Positions 53,299 to 64,000 of a stretch of DNA of 64,000 nt are shown here, piece after piece. Position 1 is the stretch's first letter. Each line of letters begins with the position of its first letter. This DNA comes from Epiperipatus broadwayi (taxonomy: Eukaryota; Animalia; Onychophora): assembly GCA_028023455.1 (NCBI GenBank), contig JAQFVV010000009.1, positions 7,812,001 to 7,876,000 on the forward strand. Reading direction: 5' to 3'. Under the pieces are notes generated by a model that did not search any database, was not told the origin of the DNA, and was given only the letters and a program-made list of their open reading frames with translations. Both the position numbers and the translations under genes were made by a program.

Positions 53299-54885
53299 AA
53301 ATTTCTAAAAACATAAAAACTAAAGAATAAATAAATGTATGGAATTGTTAACAGAAAATACATTTACACAGGTAAGATCACAGCTAAAACTTACCCATTT
53401 ATTATACCTATCCTGTCATTTTTTAGCAGTGAAGAGTTGTGCAAAAAAACAGTTGTACACAAAATTCCAGAAAGAAATATTATGTTTATGACTGTTAGAG
53501 GAGGAAAATAATCGATAGAATGAGAGGCTCATGACATCTAGCACTTATACTAGCAGTAGTCATTGAAAATAATAATGTAAAAGAGAAATTAATTAAATGA
53601 AGCAATGATGAGAGGAAAATACTATAGATGACATAGAAAAGACTGTTTATAATAGAAATATTGTCTAGTCTTTGAAAAATTAGCATTTTATTATTCAAAG
53701 CACTTCTTATATATTATTTATAATTAAGTCTTATATGTGAAAGTTATTCCATTATCACCTTCTGTGAGTTCTGTCCATAGCCTGAGTTCAGCATTCAACA
53801 CTTCTGTGATAAAAAGTAAAACTTTGCTATAACACTTTCATTTAAAATACAAATAACAATGCATTTGAACTAAAAATATACATACGAAATATAAAATGCA
53901 TGTGAGTTTTCTTTAAATAAGCATATATAACTTTTTTAACAAACAGACATTACATGCACATATTTTATGCATGAATCAATTATAAATGTGTGCACTCATC
54001 ATTATACTGAATAAAATATTATTACAATGCATCTAAATATATGTTACATTAATGTTTATTTAAACTCTGAGCCTTTTTATATAAAACTGTTCTCAGTTAG
54101 TCTTGTTATGTGTTTATATAATTAACCAGAAGAAAAAATGAGAACCATGACTTTTTCCAGCACTGGATGTGACAGATGATTTTAGTAAAAGAATATCGTC
54201 TCAATTAATGTTTATGAACTTCAGTTTGCATTTTCAAACTTATTTCTCACTTTTAGTCACAATATTGATATTCCTTTATAAATACTTTATATATGTTAGT
54301 TTTTTTGTTTTTTTTTGAATGGATGGTTGAGACAATTAAGCAAAAAAGACACTACGAAAAAAAAAATGCTTAAACATTATTTTTGTGAAAGTAATAAATA
54401 TGTTCTCTGGATTACCTGTTGGATATGCCCTTTATGATCTGTTTTATAATCTTCTGTCTATGTTTTTGCTATTTAATCTTTAATCAATAAATGAATGTCA
54501 AGAGTGGGATTAATGCCGGTAAAGTCTGAATGTCCATGTGTAGACTTGGGAATTTGTATAATTTTTTTTTAAAATGTTTTGATAAAGAGAGATTATTAAA
54601 TTTATAGATATAATAAGCCTGTATTTCAGTTAAAACTTAGTAACGTTTTTTTTTTTTTTTCTGTCTCTTCATTTCTGCTTCAATTTGTGATTATGTTGTC
54701 TACAACTTTTATTAAATTATGCCTACATTTGATTATAAAACTTTTTATACTAAGTGTTAGTGATGTTGAATTGATAACCATTAAATTGAATTGATGTAAA
54801 TCAATCATTCATAGTGTTAATTTTTCTGACAGTGAAAATTAAATCATTTTCTTTTCGAAAACTGCCCTTCCTTACATCTTTACCA

Positions 54886-57800
54886 CTATATATATGCAAG
54901 GTGGTAGGAAACCAGAAAAGTGGATGGAATTAAATAAAACAATTGAAAATGAAGAGCTTGAGGTATTAGCAGTAGTGGAAACACATTTAAGAGAAGAAGA
55001 AGAACCTATTTTGGAACAGTTGGTATGGCAGGGTATAAATAGAAAAGAAAAAGAAAAAAAGGGGTGGTGGTATAGGTGTTATATCAAAAAAATATTGTTA
55101 AATGTCAAGAACACTTGTGGTTTGAAATAAGGTTGGGTAGACAAGAATGGATGGTGGCTATAGTTTATATAGCTACTGGAGATAGTCAAATTATATTGGA
55201 GTGGAATAGTAACATATACGAATGTTTAGTTAAGGATATACAAAGTTTTTAAAGAAAAGGGGAAGAGAATAATGGTTATAGGGGATATGAATGGACATAT
55301 TGAAGAAATTGATGATGTAGATAATAAAAATGGACAGCTTTTGAAGAATTTTTGTCAGAAAGTGAATTTGAGTATTGGAAATTTATTAAATATTTATGAG
55401 GGACAATACACATGGTCCAGAAATAATATATTTCACACAATAGATTATGTATTGGTAGAGAAAGAGGGAATAAATAAAATACGGAATATTAAGGTATTTG
55501 ATAATGAAGAAAAAGTATGCACTAGTGATCATAATTTCATTGTAATTGAAATGGTTAGTAATGTGATGGAGAATAGAAATAAAAGTAGAAATAATAGTGA
55601 AAGATGTGGATGGAGAGTAAATGATAAGAATAAGTTGGAAGAGTATAAAATACAAGTTGAAGAAATAATGGAAGAGTGGGTTGGGGATGAGTATAAGGAT
55701 TGGTGTAAGGAAGTAGAAAAAGTTGCAAATAGGGTTTTAGGTGAGAATATTGAAAAGAATAAAAGTAATAAAAAAATTAAAATTAGTAAAAGTGTAAAAG
55801 AAAGGAAAGAAGCATGTAGAGAATATAAGTGTGCTATTAAGAATAAGGAAAGTGAAAAAGATATTAATGCTAAATGGGAAAAGTACTTAGAAAAGAAGAA
55901 GTTGGCTAAAATAGATATTTATAGAGAGAGAATGAAATTGAATAGTAAATTGTTGGAGGATATTAATAAAAGTGGAAGAGATGGAAGTAAAAAATTTTGG
56001 AATTATATTAAAAGGAGAAATGTAGGGGAGAGAGAGTTAGTATTACTAGATGATGAGGGAACTGAGTGTAGTTCTAGAGAAGATTTAGAGAGAATCTTAA
56101 ATAGTTATGTAATGAATATAGAAAAGATGTTAGATGTGAATGATAGAATATTAGAAAATATGAAAGAATATAGTAATGGGAATATTAGTTTTTCAGAAAA
56201 TGAACTAAATGAGGTAGAGAAGAAATTGAAAAGTGGGAAGGCAAGAGGTTTAGATGGATGGGCAGCAGAGATGGTAATGAATTTAGGATATAGGGCAAAA
56301 GTAAAGTTATTATCCTGTTTTAATAAAATGGCACAGAATAGAGTTTTCCCAAGTAGTTGGAGTAGTACAAGAGTAAGGTTATTATTTAAAGGAAAGGGTA
56401 AGGATCATAGAAAGTTGAATAATTATAGACCGATAGCGGTAACATCAGTTTTATATAAAGTTTTCTCGTATATGGTGGCTAGTAAAGTTGTAAAATGGAT
56501 GGAAGGGAATAATGTAGTGGGTGAAATGCAAGGAGGTTTTAGATTAGATAGGCGTATAGGAGATAGTTTATTTGTAGTTACACAACTTATGGATATGAGT
56601 AGGAATGCAGATAAACAGTTATATATGAGTTTTATAGATATAGAGAAGGCATATGATAGAGTAAATAGAAATAGATTATGGATAAGTTTAGAAAATTTGG
56701 GAATGGATGAAGCTTTAATAGATATTATTAAGAAATTATATGAAAATAATTATTATATATATATCAATTAGAGAATATAGAATCAATTAAAGTTAAAAAT
56801 GGTGTGGGACTAAGGCAAGGATGCCCTATGTCACCTATTTTGTTTGTGTTGTATTTGAGTGAAATGGAAAGAGCAATAGAAAGATTAGGAAGAGGGATAG
56901 AGATACCATTAATAGGTAGTAAGGGAGTATATATTTTGTCAGGTCTTTTTTTTTTGCAGATGATATATTTTTGTGTGCAGAAAAAAGAGAAGATATGGAA
57001 GTTATGTTGAGGACATGTGCAAGGGTGGGTAAAGAGATGGGGATTAAATTTAGTGAAGAAAAATCAAATATAATGATGGTTAATACTGAGGAAAGAGAAG
57101 ATGTAGAATTTTTATTGGGAGATATTAAGTTAAGTGTGGTGAATAGATATAGTTATTTGGGAATTATTTTAAGTAATCAGAAAAATTATTTGGATGAATG
57201 GGAGAAAAAATTGATAAATGAAGCAAAGAAAAGAAAGGGATTGATAAAGAAATTAACAGTGTTTTCATATAATAAATATGATGTAGCTAGAATTATATGG
57301 AAAGGAGTTGCAGTAGCAGGGTTAACATATGGTAATGATGCATTATATGTTAGTAAAAAGATATTAGATTATTTAGAAAAAGCTCAAAGGGAAGTAGGAA
57401 GACATGCATTGGATGCAGAAGTATGGACAGCAAGGGAGGCAATTCAAGGAGAAATGGGATGGTCAAGTTTTCATATGAGAGATGCAAAAAGTAAAATGAA
57501 AATGTTTGGTAGATTGAGTTTATGGATAATAAAAGAATAGCTAAGATAGTATTTAATTGGGTTATGAGTAAAGGGCAGGTAACAAGATGGGTGAGAAAGG
57601 TAATGCGCTATGCAAAAGATTTGGATAAAGAATTTATATCAGTATATTTGTACAAAAGATGGGATGATTGTGTTAAGAGGATTATTGAGTGTTATAGTAA
57701 TAAGGAATGGGATAAAAGAATAAATTTATTAATAAAGACTAGGGAGTTAGAGAGATGGAGAAATAGTATGGAGAGTAAAAAGAGTTTAAATATATATAGA

Positions 57801-58288
57801 AATAAACAGAATATTAGGTGTGAGTTAATATATGATAATAGTAAGGAAAGTAGTTTATTGTTTAAGGCTCGAACGGGATCTTTAGCTACAAAAGAATATA
57901 CATGTAAATGGAAAAAATATGGGTGATTCATTTTGTAAATTATGTAAGGAAGGAATTGAAAATATTAGGCATTTGTTAATTGAATGTAAATGTTTGAAAA
58001 CAGAAAGGGTACATATAATAAAGTTGTGGAAAAATAAATATGAAAAGAGTGATTATACAGAAAGTGAATTATTGGTTTTTATGCTGGGTTTGGTAAAAGA
58101 TAAGGGGGATTTAGATATAAAGGTTATAGAGTTGACAAAAATTATGTTGTGGAAATGGGATAGAGCAGATTATGGGTAAATTTAGAGTGGGGAATGTAAA
58201 AGAAAGTGGCTAACAGGTTTATCTGGGCATAATTGCTGAGATATTCTTGACTTCGTTTAAGGAGAAGCCATAATACATCACATCACAT
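54886..58288 (+). mobile_element. RTE/RTEX-like LINE with near-complete ORF2 (APE + RT + CCHC), few frameshifts
   Basis: APE: MQGGR..K...LAVVETHL, VIGDMNGH, TIDYVLV, SDHN; RT: NYRPIAVT, QGGFR, IDIEKAYD, LRQGCPMSP; C-terminal CKLCKEGIENIRHLLIEC; tail CATCACATCACAT at 58276-58288. Confidence 0.95.
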
Positions 58289-59298
58289 GTGATATTTACT
58301 GAGAAGAAATAATGATAGAAATATGCCATAAATAAATTTATTTGTATTGATCTAGTCAGCTATCTACATTTAATTTTCTCTTTAATTTAATCTTTAAACA
58401 CTGCTTTGACACTGTGAAAGAATACTGGGATGATTAATCAATCAATTGAAGATTTGTTTGTAAAAATGGTGATTTATTGTAGAATTATTACTATAACAAA
58501 TTATAAATTTAATGTGTAATCTAAAATCTTTTAATAGTAGTTTTCTTTGTCAGGTATTTTGGATTTTTTTGCAAAACTTTTATTTCTCTTTTCAATTTCT
58601 TATTGGTTTTGAGAAAAGGGAAGAGAGGAATGATGGAGTAGGAGAGTTTGGGGGAGGGTGATGGTAAGTTTTCATGATTGATCTCTCATAATACTGCCTA
58701 CCTAATATTGTCTTACAAAATGTAGATAAATTTCAAACAACCTTTTCATATTTGTAATTGAAAAAATCAGTTTGGAAAATTTTGATTCTTCTTTAGACCT
58801 TAGAAATTTTTAACTTTCTTTGCTTTTTCAAAAGTGAGTGAAGGAATAGAGAAATATGGTCTTGATTTATCATAATAATACTATTATGATTTAATTTATA
58901 AATTCAATGTGTATTTAGATTTGTAAAGAGTTATAAAAAATAACTATAAAATAAAAAGGAAACATTTTCCTGCCTCTGCCACACATTACAAGAAATTTTT
59001 TTTTCATTTAATTTGTTAGAAATTAATTTAAAAATAAACTTTGTGTTCTCCATCGATCATCTTGAGTAAAATATTTTAATTGAAAAGCAATTGGAAACAT
59101 TAGACTTGAAAATAATATTCATTAAAATGTTTGTATTATTATTTTTTAGGTTTTAATTTAAAATCAATGTCTTTATGTTACTCATTTATAATGGAGAAAA
59201 GAAAGATAAAGGGATTTAGAATGACTGTATTGTCCATCCAAATGATGCTCATAAATTAATTAGTTTTAATGACTTAATTTTTTGGGGTTCATTTGTTT

Positions 59299-59662
59299 AC
59301 GAAGTATAATAACTACTATTTCCTATTGCATTGTCAAATATATACCATATAATAATTAATTGATGAAACACTATAATACTTTTACAATGCTTTATTATCC
59401 ACTCTTTCCTTCTGTTTACAGTTTCAATTGCCCCAGCAATCTTAATCTTCTTCAGAACCTTATATCTCCTAATATCACTATTACAATCAAATTTTAAAAG
59501 TTTCAAATTTTAGTTTTTTAAAATTTGATTGTAACAGTGAGATTAGGAGATATAAGGTTTTGAAGAAGATTTCTGGGGCAATCGAAACTGTAAACAGAAG
59601 GAAAGGGTGGATAATAAAGCATCATAAAAGTAATATAGTGTTTCATCAATTAATTATTATAT
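59299..59662. mobile_element. Family B palindromic insertion (Penelope pLTR-like)
   Basis: 14-bp TSD GGGTTCATTTGTTT (59285-59298, 59663-59676); ~150 bp highly similar inverted arms (~59355-59500, ~59518-59662) plus a ~55 bp unpaired tail at the left end. Confidence 0.85.
59412..59460 (-). ncRNA. Candidate minimal hammerhead (family B)
   Basis: GUU CUGAAGA A...GAUUGC UGGG GCAAUU GAAA C U GUA AAC; core and stem II good, stem I only 3 bp; the mirror copy at 59555-59597 (+) has C3>U. Confidence 0.45.
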
Positions 59663-60768
59663 GGGTTCATTTGTTTTTGTTTCAAAAGCAACCAGTTCAT
59701 TTTGATTTGAATTGTTTGATTTGATCTGTACTTTATATTGAACATATCAACAATTATTGTTTTTATCAATGTTTACAACACAAATCACCATCTTTTCTTT
59801 CTTTCTATCCTTACTTTTTAAAAAGCCAATAAGAAAGAAGAAATATTAAAAAATTTAAAAGACAAATAAGGAAATTTCCAAAACAAGTCTCTCAATTACA
59901 AATCAAAAGAGGTTGTTTGGAATTCTACTTCAATTAATTTTTTAATTTAATATTAGGTAGTATTATGATCATAAGAAATCCAAAAACAAAAAACTTCTAA
60001 TTAACCATATCCCCTCTCTTTTACCCTCCCAAAACAAAAGAAGAAATTGAAAAGATGAAAGTTCACAAAAAAAGACCTGTCAATGAAAACTAAAAAAAAG
60101 TTTTAGATTCCATTATAAATTCCAATAAATAATCATTTTTTCAAAGAAATCTTCAATTGATTGATTAGTCATCCCAGTATTCTTTTATGACTTCAAAGCA
60201 GTATTTAAAGCAGGGATGGGAAACCTTTTTGTTTTGTCAATGATTATTTAGATACTTATAAGATTATTCAATAACCAAATAAAATTATTGATTTAAAAAT
60301 TAGCCTGCTGTATTTGATCAAAAATTTAATTTATCCATAATCATAAGAAGTGGGCAACCTTTTAAACCAGAAAGCCAATTTTCAAATTTCCCTTTTTAAA
60401 TGAGGGCCATAATTCTTTTATGAATTAAAAATAAAGTAACACCATTATTATTATTGATTATTCCATATTTCATAGTAATTTTAAATTCACCATGCAACTG
60501 TTTTTCAATATATTTATATTTTCAAATTCTATAGCAGTTTAAGGTATAGTCTTTTGTAAATGTTCCTTTCGAAAATGGTTTTGAATTTTTTGCTTTTCTT
60601 TTTTTTAAAAAAAATGTAATTTGCTTTTCCAGAATTTACTGATTTGTTTGAGCTTTTTATAAAACATGTCAGTTACTTGATGAAGCTCTTGTTTAAGTTT
60701 TTTATTTTAATATTTCTTTCTTCTCCAACACTCTTGTTGTAATCAAAATGTTTTGATAAAGAATATCT

Positions 60769-61064
60769 GTTGTTAAAACAGGCAAAACTCACTATACATA
60801 TTGTCACACACAGCAAGCTAGAGTAATCAATGAATACCAGAAGGCTTGTACATAAAATCCCCATCTAATGCTTACTCATCCATTATCCCCAGACTAGTTT
60901 CTGGCTTGTAGCCTTCATTAGTGAAGAGCCTTGGATCTGAGAGCACTGCACCTAGATCTTAGGATGATTATTATTCTAGCTTGCTGTGTGTGGCAATATG
61001 TATAGTGAGTTTTGCCTGTTTTAACAACAGTTATAAGCAAGCATAAGAAATGGTGATTGTGTGA
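60769..61064 (+). mobile_element. Family A foldback insertion nested in the hAT element
   Basis: 15-bp TSD TGATAAAGAATATCT (60754-60768, 61065-61079); tail-bearing arm at right ends GTGATTGTGTGATG; ~65 bp duplicated in inverted orientation. Confidence 0.85.
60878..60936 (-). ncRNA. Type I hammerhead motif, core-mutated copy (family A)
   Basis: AUCCAAGGCUCUUCA CUAAUGA AGGCUACAAGCCA GAAA CUAGUC UGGGGAUAAUGGAU: G5>A in the core, stems conserved. Confidence 0.7.
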
Positions 61065-64000
61065 TGATAAAGAATATCTTCTTAATATTCTGTTCTTTAT
61101 TAAGTGAAATACTTTTCACACTTATCAGGCATATTGAATTATTATTTCTTTCTATAAAAAATATGCATTAGTTCATTTCATTTGGAATGCATGATTTTCT
61201 GTATCATTTTTTACTCGGTGTAGCCGTATTAATAAAAAAAAAGAGTAATAAAAAATAATAAAATGAAATAAAATTTTATTTTTATTTTTGCTAGTATACA
61301 ATTGACTGTAAAAATCACTATAAAAACAAACAAAATGTCCTTAGATTAAATCCATAGTCAGATAGACCACACAATATAGATAATTATTTTTAAAATATTG
61401 CACCTCTGATAGAATGAACTAGAATTATAAAGATTGGAGAGAAAAAATAAATGTTTTATTTTACTAAACTTTTTTTACTTTAACATTTTTATTATGTATG
61501 TTTAAATAGAAGTTTTATACATGGCCATTGTATACGTGTTTGTTTAAGGACCATATTATGATCTTTTGAGGTTCAAATTTGATCCATGGGTCTGAGGTTT
61601 CCCATTACTGGTTTAAAGAGTAAATTAAAGAAAAACTGAAAATGAAGATAGCTGGCTAGATTAGTGCAAATTTATTTCTTGAAGCAATTATAGTATTTGC
61701 AAATAACATTTTTGAAAGAAATGTAATAAATAAATGTTGAGTGCAATATTTTTTGTGTATCATCAAAAATCGAAATTAACAATGTCCATTATGCTGGGTT
61801 TTTATATAAATTATAATAACAAAATATATATTATAAAACATGTTTCATGGTTATTTCTAAAAACATGTTTCATAAAACATCTTTTATTCATGAAAAGATT
61901 CATTTCAATATATATATAAAGAGCCTTTTTGGCACAAAGTTTTGCACCCTTATCAATTATTTAACATCTTTTTTAATGTTAACCCATTTTTGCTCAAAGA
62001 ATTTATGTTCTATAATAGAAGTAAAATAATAAAAAAATAAAACATGATATAGAGATTCAATAAAAGTTGAAACAATTAAGTATATATCATAACAATATAC
62101 TAAATAAATAAAAATACACTCTATACAACTATATATGCTATCTTATTACAAACATTTATAAGACTTCAACAAATTTAGTTAACAACTGGTCAATTAAAAA
62201 TGAATGGAAAATTATTTAATAAAGTAGTATATGTAAATTTGTATAGTATATGTTTTTACAATAATCTTAATTCATTGTCAATGCAAACTCCTTTAACACC
62301 TTTGTATAAGTCTAATATATTTATATAGACACTAAAAATTGTAACTTAACTACAAAGAATGAAATTATTAATTCAAAGAAGTTTAAATAAATTTCTTTAA
62401 ACAGATAAATATAATCTATTCTGAATGTAGACTAACAAATAGTCAATTATAACATATAAACTGAAATTATAACTTTCAAACTGCACTCAAACTATGCATT
62501 ACTTACATAATAAGGTTATTAATGGCCATGGTTAGATAAGTAAATAATGTAAATATATAAAAGCAGTCAATGATTAAACAATATCAATAACAATCAGAAA
62601 TCTTAATCTAATATCAAGGGAACCTCTTTTAAACAAAAAAGGTGGAAATCTACCTTTATGTATGGTCTAATATATTTATGTAGACATTAAAGATTTCTGC
62701 TTTACTACAAAAAGTTCAATATGTTTATATAGATGTTATATATGATATTTTTGTTCTTTATAATATATATATATATTAGACATTAGAATTTAGCCTACTA
62801 TAACTAGGTAGATTGAATTGTTCTTCACTATAAAGAAAATCTTGTGAAGAACTTTCATTCAATCAAACAAAATCTGTTTAATGTTTTATAAATTAACAAT
62901 CATCATAAATACAAAGAACAGAGACAAACATTTACATATTAATGTTCCTATAGACATGCTAATAAAATCATGTTACATAAAAGACACCATCTATACAAAA
63001 AGTTTATTACGTTAATTTTCATTATTAAGTTACATTGGATGTAGAAAAAATGAACCATCTTTTTCTCATAAAATCTCCGCCTGTGTTTTGATTTGAGAGT
63101 TTCCTGTGCAGTCATTATTACATTTGATTGACTGTCATATAAGCATTTTTATGGCGCATCTGTCAAAGGTTTCAGCATTTCACGTTACTATTTGCAAGTA
63201 TTATAAGTTTTTGTAATAATGGTATATAATAGTATACAAGAAATTTTAAAGAAACTTCTGAAAAATGGGAAGGTCTATTTTCTAGAATTTGTTTAATTAA
63301 AAAATTGTTCAAAATTCAGTGTTGCCATCTGTCTTTTTTTCTGAGATCTTATATTTTATCCAGTTAAGGTTTTAAAATATTTCAAAATGTCCTGTTTTTT
63401 GCATTTTAATTAAACTTTTTTTTTTATCATTAGTTCTATCTTTTATCTAAAAAAATTACAAATTCAAATTGACACTTATGTAAATGAAATTCACTGACTT
63501 TATGCTATATAATAAATAATTTTTGACATTAGTAAAAATTGGCAACATCGATTTATTTAATATATCTTAAAACGTTTTTAATAGTAATATATTCTGTCAG
63601 ATACTTTTAATCAATTCTGTTAATTGAGTGTATTAATTGTGATGGATTTTTTTTGTGGTTTTAATGTGTACATATTATCGAACTACTTTATTATAATTAC
63701 ATTAAATATTATAAATTTACAATATGAAATATTATATAATATAATCAGCATTACAAGTTCTGACTATCATTTATGATAAATAATGAGCTTAATCTGCTGT
63801 ATTAGAATTCAAACCTCCTGTTATATCATTACTTTATATTAATCCCAAGTTTAAAATATGCCAAAATGAAAATGCAAATACAATACAGACAAAAATGAGA
63901 GTAAAGATCCAAATAAATTGGCAATGTATTTTATATATTTTTATGAAAGATACAATAGTTTAAATTTCCACATTTAAAAACGAAGCAAAAAAAAATAATC

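Larger units (their letters stand above)
60211..61610. mobile_element. Non-autonomous hAT (Buster/Charlie-type) element, possibly composite
   Basis: TIRs CAGGGATGGGAAACC / GGTTTCCCATTACTG; 8-bp TSD ATTTAAAG / GTTTAAAG (7/8), matching the empty-site sequence in the opposite foldback arm. Confidence 0.8.
58325..61690. mobile_element. Old foldback element with ~550 bp imperfect inverted arms, interrupted by younger insertions
   Basis: 58393-~58870 is the reverse complement of ~59760-60210 (e.g. AAGAATACTGGGATGATTAATCAATCAATTGAAGATT); the right arm resumes after the hAT insertion (61619-61690 mirrors 58325-58392). Confidence 0.75.

Noticed and set aside
53340-53520. Short intron-like GT-AG pair and SEELCKKTVVHKIPERN peptide
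   Set aside because: No consistent phase with a credible upstream exon; strong donor-like motifs occur on both strands as part of a small hairpin.

Overview
Very AT-rich, CpG-depleted eukaryotic (invertebrate, probably arthropod; inference) genomic DNA dominated by transposon debris. Host coding sequence I can support: the 3' exons of an alkaline ceramidase 3 (ACER3)-like gene (HAWWH motif, 21135-21385, +) and a few low-confidence orphan exons. Mobile DNA: six copies/segments of one RTE/RTEX-like LINE lineage with (CATCA)n tails (including a near-complete ORF2 at 54.9-58.3 kb and an ORF1-esterase/RT deletion fusion), L1/Tx1-, CR1-, RTE- and Penelope-like RT remnants, a 2.8 kb internally deleted LTR element, a hAT non-autonomous element, foldback/MITE elements, a tRNA-like SINE and microsatellites. 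The most notable structure is a set of four small non-coding foldback insertions (44.4, 48.4-49.4, 59.3-59.7, 60.8-61.1 kb) from two unrelated sequence families. All have 12-15 bp target-site duplications, one arm bearing a terminal tail and one inverted arm. Three of the four carry minimal type I hammerhead-ribozyme motifs, pointing to Penelope-pLTR/retrozyme-like ribozyme-bearing mini-retroelements. All calls were made by eye without database searches; one LINE-LINE junction carries an Illumina-adapter-like 11-mer and may be an assembly artefact.
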